64,000 bases of DNA from Bispira polyomma (lineage: Eukaryota). Under the pieces are notes generated by a model. That model saw only the letters and a list, made by a program, of their open reading frames with translations, ran no database searches and was not told the DNA's origin. Location of the stretch: NCBI GenBank assembly GCA_965649765.1, contig OZ287752.1, positions 42,160,001 to 42,224,000 of the forward strand, read 5' to 3'. The translations under genes were made by a program, and so were the position numbers. Below, piece after piece: positions 1 to 13,000 of this stretch; position 1 is the stretch's first letter, and the number at the start of each line of letters is the position of its first letter.

Positions 1-3000
1 ACTCCAGTTATAAAATGTGACTTTTTGTCCAAATGGATTAAACGACATGAATTTGTAAGTGATTCTCTACATGCCAGTGAGGTAAATTTTCTTTGAATAA
101 TATCTAGTCCAGCAATTCAACATTAATTATGGAAGTAAAGAAGGTTCATTTGCTTGCTTAATAATATATTATCTAACTTGCTAGAATAATATTAGAATAG
201 AATAGGGTAGAAGAAAGTGATTGACAATATTTTAGTTGAATGATTTTACTGACTTCAATGCCCAAAGAATGGATCATTTTCATGGGTTTGTATATTGAAT
301 ATAATTATCAGCTTTGACATGTTCCCCAAGGTCAAACTTTAGTTTTAATATCAAGATTTACAGTATTTATTGTTCAACTTTTACAGCAGCAATAGCACTA
401 CACATTCTACAATCAATGTCAAGAAAGTCCAACATTTAAAGCTACATTTATGTAATATTTCATAGTCACGGGTTTTTTTCGAAAATGTCTTTCCAATAAA
501 GTACCAAGAAACTTACAAAAATAATCTTACTTAAAAGAAGAAGACAAGACAGCCTTGAAACTAAGTCTGAACCAGCTAGATATATTTTGTCAACTAAGTT
601 ATAGAAATGTATAAAATGTCTCCTATGACCTTGTATTCAATATCAGGGTTATAAAGATGATATTGGAGACTTTCACCAAAGTTTCTGTAAAGCCAGGTAA
701 CACTTGGACAATTATTTGTTGGTGACCGCAACAAGAGAGAGCTTGAAAAAACTACCAGAAAAAATGTTGTTGAAATGTTTTCTTTTTCAGCGACATTGAA
801 CGAACAGTAAGAAAGCACCTTTTTTAACAGTCTTAAGACATATTAACAACCATAAAAGACTATTGAGAACTTCCTTAAATTGAGACGACTCTGCCTCATT
901 GACACATCATCAGTGATACTGATGCATCAATTATAGGACTCTGCTGGGACCAAGTTAAGACCGTTGTAAGACTGTAACCAGACACAGATAAGACTTCAAG
1001 TACGATGATATAAAGCTGTGTCCACAACAACAGTCATTTTCAACCTAGGTGACGATAAGAAACACAGTAATATAACACACTTATGAATATGGAGAATGCA
1101 TTACGACAATTTAATGACAATTACATTGATGTCGTGGACTGCTGGTGTTGCAACACAGAATGTTCATGCTAATTATGGACTTAAGCGACTAAATTAGAAT
1201 GCAATACAAACCTGAAATGACAAAGATAATAGGAGACAGTTGAATATTCATCATGAATTAAATGCGTCGGATTTCAATTTTAAGTATTACTTTGTACATG
1301 TAATTTTTTCATAAACTATTTTATTTCACATTATAGCATATTAAACATCTACAGTACATAAGAACCACAACAGTTTTATTATTTATTGTTCATAAAACAA
1401 CCTGGGGCAAATACAACTAAATTAAAGATTAAATTCTAAAATTCACTGGACAGGGCATAGCTATATTGCAAGTAGTCCTTCCTTCTAGCAAGGCATTACC
1501 ATTTACATGCCAAAATCCAACACGGATGCTCTTTGTTCAGTAAATTCTACAATTATTTGGACTTTCTTTGAAATATTACATTTGTTAAATATATAAAATT
1601 TATGTAAAAGTTAATACTGTTAGTAAGATAGAACATTATTCATTTAGAAACACTTAAATTTTAGCTACCTTTAAAACTTGTAATTACCTTGTGACAATTA
1701 AAAAATTCACATTGTTTACTGTGTAAAACACGGGTATTTTGATTAGTCTGTGTTTAAAAGTGACAACCTAAATAATAATATTTTTAAAAACCAACAACAC
1801 AGAGTATTTTGTGAACTCTACCAATTCTTGTCCAATTGTTTAGATAATAGGCCAGCATTTAAAGTTGTCCTTTTTCAAAGAACTTTCTTAAACAGTTCTC
1901 ATACACCCTTTACTACAGATCTCAGGCAGAATATTATCCAAAATTCTTAACTCAAGCTAGACTATAATGTTGTCATATCACTGGTTAGAGTAAATTTAAG
2001 TAAAATCGAGATGCAGATTTGAATTCAGTACAGGAAGCTATTTTAAATGAATGGTTACAAGTATAGGCTATTTCCACATACAGGAGTCAAAATAATGCCC
2101 TCACTTGAGTAAAATCGAGTTTGAGCTTGAGTTTTTTTGAAGAAGATGAGCCTTGTGCTTATATGGGTAAAGACAGGGTATGTATGACATGCACTTTGTC
2201 AAATGTTTATCTCAAACATCAGTTTAATTGATGAACACATATCCTTGAACCTGATATGTGAAATCAAAGAAGTAAGGGATGTGTTTTAGGAAAACATGTC
2301 AACTATTGTTCTGTGGGTGTATTTCAATAAATGGCCCTGTTCAGTTGTTAACTGAACATAACACATATGTCACCTGTGTGTTATAGCAAGCTTTGAAGCT
2401 TGAATATATAAATACCCACATATAATATGTTGGTCATGTATACCGGTAGTAGGGTAAAATGAACACACTTTTATAACCACCATAAAAATATATTTAGTTG
2501 TTTAAACAGGATACATACCACATTTTTTGCAATAGTGTAGAATTTGAAAACACATGGAACATTAATCTGTCCAAACTCACAAAGAAAATGGCCCACAAAA
2601 CACGTCATTAAGAGCATTATTTGAAAACATCTAAAGTGGTGGCATGTCCCAAACTGAACTTAAGCTGACCCCAGATATTGCAAGCGCGTCTAGTTTAGCC
2701 TTTAAGAGCTCCACACACACCTATTATTTGTGCATTTCAAGATACTCGTGCTTTTCTCAGGTCTATATGTCCGCCCAAACTTATGGGACATTAGGCTCAC
2801 AATATTTTTTTTTTTTTTAATTTGCTAAATGTTTGTTTCCCTATTCATGAAGTATTATTTATTTATTTTTTCATTTTGTATAACAATTTATTTTTTTTTT
2901 TTTTATTTTGTATAACAATTTATTTATTTTGTGAGGTAACATTTTGACCGATTCGAATAGAGTAGTCTAATATAATAATTAAATGGCTAATTTCAACTAC

Positions 3001-3456
3001 TAATTCAGTTTAAGTGCTGGCCTTTGTGGCTGTAAAACATAATTTGACTTTTTGCCCAACTCTGGTCAGTGATCCCAAAGGATGGTGACATTTTTCTTCA
3101 CATGATACAATCTATTAATAAAAGTCAGTTTTGTGAATGGTTTACCTTCCTATTCCGTTATACTATAGCCTTGTTTACAAAAAGAGTGCATAAATCTATA
3201 ATATGATATTCTACATATATTCTAAAGTGATATCAACATACCCTTAACTAGAGATGTTCAATAGCTTCTTGCAATGGCTCAAATGCCATTTAAACTTTTG
3301 ATTTGTTTAACTTAAGGTAATATAGAACTTACACCTTTAAATTAGACCACTTAAACTGTAGTAACAGATTATATCCGTAGGCGGGTAGGAGGTGGGGGTC
3401 CAGGGGTGACCCTCGCTTTAAAATTATTTTTAGAGCTTGAACAAACATTTGTCTAA

Positions 3457-4154
3457 GCCTACTCTTCTTTCAGCACATTCCGACGTCATTCCGATTTAAT
3501 GGTGTCCGATCCGATCTGACGTCAGCCGACGTCGTGCTTCCTTTCATCTGATATATACTCAAAATTCGTCGGATGGTGACTTTGAAAATGACATGAGAGA
3601 AGCCATTGTGATTACTGTGCTTTTTTCACCAAAATTCGTTGAGGAACGACTAAGTTATTTACAAGTTAATAAGGGTACCCATTTTTACTTCCTGACGTGT
3701 AAGCTGTATCGTAGATACAAAACTGACATCATTATGACGTTGCTGTGACGTAATATTCACAGCAAAAGGCAAAGTTAAATGGGGCATGCATCTATAAACC
3801 TAAATATCTGGGCCGTTTATTAACGGATTTTGGAGGGGAAAAAGCACAGTAATCCCAATAAAATAAGCTTTCTTATGCCATTTTCAACTTTAACTCCGAC
3901 AAAAATTGAGTATATATCGGATGAAACCTACACATATGATAGTCTATTTGTCTAGTTTTGTTCTAAAATCGGACCGACCATCCGATTTGTCTCCTCCCTT
4001 ACAGATAAAATATGTTGGCCCAACAGACGTCTTATGACGTCTGATCTGATCTGTTGCAAATATGCTGAAAGAAAGCACTTGGTAGTATTGTGTAATAAGG
4101 GAAAAAAATCAGCAGATGTCGGCCGAGAAAAACATGCTGAACGGAAACGTAGGC
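3457..4154. mobile_element. PIF/Harbinger-like MITE, fold-back type (copy 1)
   Basis: Imperfect TIRs gcctactcttctttcagca ... tgctgaacggaaacgtaggc. TAA target-site duplication at 3454-3456 and 4155-4157. Long internal inverted arms (~3545-3690 vs ~3790-3930). A second copy lies in the opposite orientation at 30080-30743. Confidence 0.8.
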
Positions 4155-4820
4155 TAACAAGTTTTAACATCTTTGTTCACACTATATTGTGGGAGTCCAT
4201 ACTTCTGTAAGCAATCGACTCGTCCAAACTGAGGGGTGTCGTACATGCCTGAGTACATCGTCCCATCTTAGAAATAATATTAAAGCCTTTATGGGTTAGG
4301 TTGGAAGTAATTGACCCATCCAAACTAAGGGGTTACGCTTTTCCTGCGTATATAGTGGCCATATCAACGTTAGTGTATTTCACACTGTGCACTTGTGTCG
4401 TTTTTAAAAGACAAGTCTTGTTCTCCGTTAAAAGATGCCAAACATGTGTCAGTAAAACAAAATGAAGCAGTTGCAGTTGACAAAGTAAAACCATATAATA
4501 GACTGTGTGAACTAAACAGATTATATTAGGTTAACATGGTCAGTATAACATGTTACAAGGTGTTGACTATTTAAACTATAGTCTGGTCCCTTTGAATCAG
4601 AGAATATACAGTGATAAAAGAGACTTAAGGTCACCTTACTAAAAGTTATATAAAACTGTAATCAATAACAACCTGGTGCCCAAGTTAATGTGACCTTAAG
4701 AGCTTGACATTAACTTCGTGTGTATATAACAGTATTTAAACTGGTGTTGTATATAAATTCTGTAGTAGTAAAAATTTTAAGATAAAATTATTTACCCACA
4801 AGAACTAGCTTTGCTCACCA

Positions 4821-4836
4821 AGGTCAAACAAGGTCA
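4821..4836 (+). promoter_or_regulatory. Perfect DR4 nuclear-receptor-type motif
   Basis: AGGTCA-aaca-AGGTCA, 2.2 kb upstream of the gene A ATG. Function is not shown. Confidence 0.3.
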
Positions 4837-7030
4837 GAGACAGAGACTGGGAAGGCAAAATATTACCCCTACAATTTTCCAGTCGTTACTTACTCCATTT
4901 TGCTTAAATAAACAAAACAAACAGCAACACATACTTTCCATTGTGTGTGGGAGATATCAAAGTAGTAGGTAGTTTGAACTTAATCTATCGTCTTTTGTGG
5001 GAACTTGATATATGTCAGTATTTCAAGGGACATTGAGTCTGTGTGTCCCATTAAAACACAACCTCCCATCAAACCTCATGCTGCATACACATCTCCACAA
5101 ACATGTGTGTAATTTATACCCTACCTCCACCTCTTACAAAGAATTGGCCAAGCTTGGAAATAGGACAGAGTCAACACTGACAAACAATAGACCAGGGAGA
5201 TCGTAAGAAAAGATGTAGATAATGATAAATACCAGCTTTCACAAAAGATTGATAGCTTATATAGAGGAGACTTCAACTCTCTATTCATAAACAAATTCTC
5301 TTAGACCACTGGTGATGATGGTTTGTCCAAAGGCTACCCTAGCATGAAGTAAACAGGTGAGTGAACATTCAGCTTTGAAGAAAATACTGTAGAAGTAGGA
5401 ACTTTTATTAGGAATTAGATTTAACTACTTTAGATATAATTATAATGGATAATAAATATAAACTACGAGTGAAATTCAAATTTATACTAATATTTTATAA
5501 AAAAAATGGCAAAAAGTGAAAATTGCTTTGCAGTTGCTTGCAGTGAATTTTTTAAAATTGTTATTGACTTATATTTTTCGGTGCTACTGTAATTTATGCA
5601 GTGTGGTATTGTGATTTGCATGAAGTTTCAGGGCATGTAAATTGTTTACTTAGTAAGCAGAGATTTTAAGGTAGCAGACTCTTTTTATAATCTAATGGAT
5701 AGACAGTTGGTGACCCCTGAATTGTTGCAGCATGCGAGTTATTTATATACCAATATACTATCTCATTTAAATGGAATAATCTGAGTTATGTGTTCCTTCT
5801 ATATCTATATCTGTAATATAATTTTAGTAGGGGAAAGACTATAGAGTATCATCAGGATTAGGTGACCTTATACTTGTCAGGTAAGACTGGTTTTATATGT
5901 ATAACTATAAATCATATGTATAAAGTTATATGTTACCAGGAAACAGAAAATAAATACAATGTGTTTGTGTTTCACCTGAATTTGTTAATATATCACATAC
6001 ATATGATAGGATACTTTAATGTTATATAAATCACCTTTTCTCACTGTAGACTATGGTACCTTAACTTCACACGTAGTTACTGCACATCTCTAATTTACAC
6101 AACATATGATAATCCCTTGAAGGCACTAAACTGCCTCTTGTTTGTTTTGAAGAAATTCAATTAACGTGTAAAAACTCACGTTCTAAAACTTTGGCACAGA
6201 ATTGCCCGTTAACATTTTTTGGCAATTTATAATCCGAACTATCTCAACATCCAATAACTTATCTTATCTCATGTGGTAATTATAACTTATACAATACCTT
6301 CAAGAAGGTTAAAGAGTATATATCATATATTTTTATTTTTAAATTATTTTGTCATCAAGACTTTATATGAGACGCACAGTAACCAGTAATGTGGTTTCAG
6401 TAAAAGTCTGATGTAGAGTGGTTTGTCATGAAATCCTGATTGTTAACGGCTTGGTGTGTAGTCACAGTCCAGTGTGATGTATTACCAACAAATACCCCCA
6501 TGTTACCATGGTAATAGCTATCAATTATGTAAGCAGTAGATGTGAGATCCTGAACACGTGGGACATTAAGCTGATAATCAATACTGAATCGCCAACCGTG
6601 ACTTCCAAGGGCTTCGTTATACTCATTCTCATAACCTTGCACATTAGATTCTATTTTAATCCAAGTAATTGTCACAAAATGAAATGGGAATATTTTTACT
6701 GGTAGAGATCAGATTTTTTGGACATATTAATAATACAGAAAGTAAGGATAAATTATGTCGTGTTTTTATCGAGGTATAAATGGTTGTGTTTATAATTTTG
6801 ATAATGTATTTGTAGGTCATAGAATTTAATTATGTTGCATGACTGTATCACCATTTACACCCATGTGATATGCACAAATCCACTATAGAGATATAATTGG
6901 CTCGCACCTTGCACAAGACATTCCTGCTGCACCTTGAACTACAACCTCACCAAAGAATCAACTGCACCTGACATTTACTATTAGCTTATTAGCAAGAGGG
7001 AGTTGTTGAGGAATTCTGTGCGGCAACAGG

Positions 7031-10000
7031 ATGAAGCTGCTGATATTGTTGGAGTTATTTGTTATACAGAATGTCTTACCTCAAACATTTGGTAAGTCAT
7101 TTCAATCTGAACACAAATAAACTAAGTAAAAAGAAGAAAACCCCTTTTTCCAGCTACTTTTCTCCATCATTCTATTCAACCATTTCTGAAAGGCGTACAT
7201 TTTCACAAAACTTAAATATTTAGCAGTATCAGTAATTTAGATAAATAACTGAACTAATTCATAAATATTCCAAATACATATATAGGTAGTTTATGTATTT
7301 GATGTCGTTTCTCTCTTCAGTGTCACAGTATTTTAGCTCCAATGTAGTTACTATTGCCTAATGGTTAGGGTTAGGTTTGATCTTGTGACCAGAAATTCCC
7401 CACTTTGATTTCCGGGTGGGGAAGTTGCCCCAAGTTCCACTCCCGCTAATGCCGCTAGGAGGTGGATATTATCCTTGGCCAAGAATGTTATAGACGCCTA
7501 TATAGACATATATTTCTCCACATGAAATACATCTACAATTTAACTTTTAATAAGATGAATAACGTCAATTATTCTGTAATGTGATTTACAAATATTATAG
7601 AGTCACCGATTTTATTAGAAAAGTTATATTACTAAAACTAAATGAAAGAATCAAACGTTTATCTTGTAAAACTTTAGATTCAGAGGAATTGTAGAAATAT
7701 AGATAGATATTTATATATATTTATTTATATATAACACCCTGTCTGACATGCAGGTAACTGTGAACCACTCTATAACTTGCAGATTACTGCTCCACCAGTT
7801 GGGACACTGCTGGCAGGGCTGTAATAGATAAGAACAATATGGTAAGTCCTGGGCTGGTCAGGGCAGTGGCGGTGTACTTCTGTCAGGCTCAGCAGGTGGA
7901 GCTACAGCTGTGGCAGCCAATACAGGGTCTGGAGTACAGAGTGGTGTGGAAGAGGGCAGTACAGCCACCCACTGAGTTGCCTGGCAGGTCTCTGGTATGT
8001 GTAGTTTATTAGTTTATAATGTGTGGGTTACTTTAAAGTGGTCTTCAGATGTAGGCTTCAGGAAACTGCTCATATCACATCTGTATCAACTCGTTATTCC
8101 GCCTAAACATTTGTCTGCTTGTCATGACTGAACTCTGATCACAAACCTTTTTCTCCTATCAGACCTTTACTTTTACATATTGACTGGTTTGTATGTCACA
8201 GAGGATGCTTGGTCGTCGATTGTGGTGCAATAGAAGTAAAACATTTACATTATGGGTACATCATAAAACATCAAAGTTTGATCATTCTTTCAGCATTGCT
8301 ACATACACCGAACAAAACATAAAGGTTTTAAGTTTATTCTTGCATATTTATTATGCACAGGTAAATCTGGACACAGAGGATCAGATTGAATTAAGCAGTG
8401 AAACTCGAATAGGCCTGTATGCCATGTCCAGTGGTACAATCCCTGTAGGCACTGTCTTCTACGCCGATGGATCCAGGAAGGTCAATCCAGCTGTTACTGG
8501 TCGAACAAACTACCAAGTGGGAGAGACCTACCTATTTGATGATATTCAGTATCCCTATGAATTCTATGCCCAGGTCTGCCCAGAATATGGTAATTTTATT
8601 TACAGTTATACATTAGGCCAATGATCAATATATTTGGCTTACACGTCTGTATGTTTTGGGTTTAACATTGCTTTTAACACGTTTTGTTATATCACAATCG
8701 GCAGTTCACTAGTGGTGATGGAATACCATGGATAGGTGGTCTGCATAACCACTGTTCTTCAGAGAGTCATCTGCCACAATTCAGTCCGGGCCTAGATTAA
8801 AACCCATGACTGCAGAGGTGGGAAGCGAGTGTGTTACCACTACACTTTCAGGCCCCCTGCATTCCTATATGACAAACGCATGAAGTTTGCTTTCTGCAGT
8901 TAGTGTTATACGACTAACTTATTAAATTGGTTCACTGATCCGTCAAAAAGTGCCACAATTTGCTATTGACCAAACCCAGTAATTGAGGGGCTCTTCATTG
9001 GCTTAAACATAGCTAAGTCTGTAGCTTAACTTGGCCTGAGTTAGATAGTTTGTCTCTCTTTTGTCTTTTTAGGAGAGTACACATCCATTCATCAACGCAG
9101 TTCTTTAATAAGCAAATAAAATAATTGTTCAGGCCCATGTGTAACCTTTTCCCCAATGTCTAGTAGGTGCCATGATTGTTTGACACAATATTGATACAAT
9201 ATATTTCAATACAATGAATGGCTATTAAGATTATGCTGACATTTTGATATGATTGCGTAACATAAAAAAAGACACCAATATATCTATTTAGCATAATTGC
9301 CCATTACCATCTTAATACTGCTGTTGTGACTAAAGAGTCAAGTATGTAGAAGTTAGATCAACATTGTTTGTGTATAATGTAACTTCCATTAAAGTCTATG
9401 TAATGAGATGAAGCTCTATCTATTTCAGATTGTCAGGAGAGGGTAGATCCAGTTTTACCACAGATACTTCCTGGTCTTATACCAAGTGAATTCTGTAAGT
9501 ACAACCTGCACTAGCTTTTATGATATAATATTGTAACTTTTTACTTAGTCTAAAAGTCCATGCAGGCAAGCCCAAATGTGTAATAATAGAAGTAGAACCA
9601 ATATTATCCGAACACGTTGAGAGGGCTAGCTTTAGTTTGATAATAAATCAAAATAGGCTTTTCTGTAGGAAGTTTACAACGCGAAGACAAAAATTGTGAA
9701 TGTGGAAATGAGTTAAAAAAAATCACATACTCTGTAAAACAGAAGTTAATACAATAGAGGTTCTACTGTATTATCCCCTCATAATCGTTTCAACGATTGT
9801 AACAATGACTAAAAGACTTGTAATTTCTACCACTTTTGGACACTGTACAATGTGGGTATTATACTATATAAAGCCACAAATAATACAGAATATATTCCTT
9901 CACAAATATTATTAGTTAGTAATTCCCCATACATATTGGGGTATGTTTCATGTAAGCAAGTGCATGTAAGTGTTTGTCACATTCATAATGCACTCTATCA

Positions 10001-13000
10001 GGGACTTTAAAAAATGACATCTTAACATGCACTCCATCTTCAGCATCCTGATTTCACCATACGTTTACAACATATTTGGTATAATTTAATTGCAGGAAAT
10101 AATCATTACATACAAGTTATAATAACTTGGTTGAGGTATGTTGAGGTATTAAGATGACATAATATACTTTCTGATTTCTATATAGGAAACTCTTGTTGTG
10201 TAGTTCAAAATAGGTTAGACAGAAGGTTTTATATCCTTCTGTGCACCTTTTTTTCAGTGGACTGTAGTGATAGGTTAATTGAAACTACTGGAAAGTCGGT
10301 GATTGAGTCAGAAAGGCTATTGCCCACTGGAAGATTCAGGGCAATAATAACTTACTTCTGCATTCAGGTGAGGTCAATAGTATTTTATAGTACTTTATTT
10401 AAAATAGAGTGATCAGTTGTCAGAACTTTCATATTCAGTTACATGTGGTGATTAAACAGTACATCAAATAAATGCCAGATTTTGTATTGTATAAGAGTTC
10501 ATCTTTCATACTCCAATCACTTATATTTTGCTACTTTGGACTAAAACTTTTAATAGTGTTCAATATCATATTTGGTTTAATGAATCAGTAGACAGTAGTC
10601 ATGTAATAATAGCCAGTTAAGATTGAAATTAACTAAATACTTGTAAAGATCAACCACTAACTTCATCTTCTTGACTAGACATGACAACCAAGAGCCTCTA
10701 CATGCTATAAAGCAATGCCCAAAGTCAGATGATGTAGATTGTACTAGTTTGCTGTCTTTCCATTCCCCTGTCTCCCCTCTAAATGCTATTATACAAGCCA
10801 ATGTCAGAGGATGTTGATTGTACTAGTTTGCTGTCTTTCCAGTCCCCCTGTCACCCCTCTAAATGCCATTATACAAGCCAATGTCAGAGGATATAGATTG
10901 TACTAGTTTGTTGTCTTTCCAGTCCCCCTGTCACCCCTCTAAATGCCATAATGCAATGCCCAATGTCAGAGGATGTAGATTGTACTAGTTTGTTGTCTTT
11001 CCAGTCCCCGGTCACAGTCCAAATCTGGGAGCCTTCACAAACTGACCACTATGTGTTGAAGTGGACAAGGACCTTACAGCCATCAAGAGAGCTGGGTAGA
11101 AGAACTGTGGTGAGTGAGTCTATATACTGTCCCCAAATAATTGCTATTTACCCTGACAATATTAGGAAAGAAGAAAACAAAACAAATCTTACAGTTTAGC
11201 TATCTAGAATACTTCAGACAGCCAGTGCTATGTATCCAAAATCTACGAATACATGCCATCTTTGTGCAGACATTTTATCACATGGCCAGAATTTAAGTTC
11301 AAGGTTATCTGATATTTTAATTTCTAAATAATAACCAATTCATGTCATTGAGTGTAATAAACTTCCTCTTTGAATGTCAATATTTATCAGTTGTAATGTA
11401 ATTTTTAGGAGAGTATGTATCCATTCATCCAAGAAATATACTTCATGAATAGAAATTTGACAGGAATACAATTAAATTAACTTTCAATTTCCAATGACTT
11501 TTCTGAGATTTATTTTCACTGTGTGGTATTTCTATAATCACTAAATTAACTTTCAGTCAACACAGGCAATTATTATTCAGTATCCATGCTCCTTTGCCAA
11601 AATAGCTTATACTTTTAAACAATAGCCCTGGTACTTAAAATGAGATGTCTATGTGTATCAGAGCTAAGGCATGTCAATGATGTGTTTTAAGTTTTATTCG
11701 GAAGCCTGTAATCCTTGTCTCTGTATGAAGACTAGCAGGGAAACTAGTGTATTCAGCAACTGCAATGTATTGACTCTAACATATCAAGTTGTTATACTTT
11801 CAGTTTCCTATTGAAGACTCTGACTCTTTCTCCCTCTCCTCAAACCACAGACTGGGTCTGACATCTAGCGACCCTATCACCCCAATCCCTACCATGTTTA
11901 TCATAGACCGGGCAGATGTCATCATATCTGAGCTATCAGGGGACTTCATCAAAGACACTATGTATCAGTTTGATAGCCTGGATTTTCCATTTGAGTTCAG
12001 AATAGCATTTTGTGGGACAACAGGTAAGCTAATTATGTATGCGAAACAATTTTCTTCATTACAGAAAGAAGAATCGAGTTCTCACACATTCTGAAAATGT
12101 GTGAGAACTTTAACAAACGTCTGAGAACTGGCCAAAAACAGGGGTAAAACTGGGGTAAATTTGGGCAAACGGCAAGAACAGGAGCTACAGCTGGAAATTT
12201 TGAACATGTTTAAAACTTCTGTGGTGGACAGCTCTGAAAGAACATCTTGAGAGAACTTGAGGAAACAGCAATGCAGGGGCGATGTCAGGCGTAAACGAGA
12301 ATTGAACTGCTTAGAATTTGTGTAAAACTGCTTAAAACTTGTGTGATCTGGCCAGAACTGGAGAGAACTTAAGAAAACGTAACATAACCTTGGCATAAAC
12401 TGGGGTAAATGGGGCTAAAACGGGTCAAAAACGGGGGATGCAAATATATGCAAATGCAAATGAGCATTTTCCTGCCTTTTCTCTTTCTTTTACTTGAGTA
12501 AACGACAATGCCGGGGCGATGCCGGGGCGATGCCGGGGCGATGCCGGGGGCGATGCCGGGGGCGATGCCGGGGCGTGAACTTGGACAATGTGAATGCACC
12601 ATAAAAATAAAAGGGCCCTGTAAAATAATGCACTTTTGTACGGTAGATATACAGCAGGAACTCTGCATGATAAGTCACTTAAGTGCTGAAATAATAGTTT
12701 GGAATATCTTTCTATTTACTGACAGATTGTTCAGCTGAACTGACAGATCCTACAACAACTTCTACCTTTCCTACATCTACATTACCTGACACTACAGTGA
12801 CCACTACGGGAACAACGACTACTCAGACTACTACATACACTACTACTACACCAAGCACTACAGCATCTACAACAGCTGAAACCACCACATCCACTAGTTC
12901 TACCACTACTGCTACTACACCCAGTCCTACAATTACCACAACACAAAAAGTAAGTGGCAATACCAGGCTCTCTATTGGCTTTGGCTGGGATAGATTGTCA

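Noticed and set aside
3952-4170. ORF similar to the ORF at 29965-30333 (CFLSAYL.QIRS)
   Set aside because: The similarity comes from two copies of the same non-coding MITE.
12369-12738. Overlapping ORFs with PGIA / RHRP / GAMP repeats
   Set aside because: They are by-products of the 11-12 bp GC repeat in an intron of gene A.
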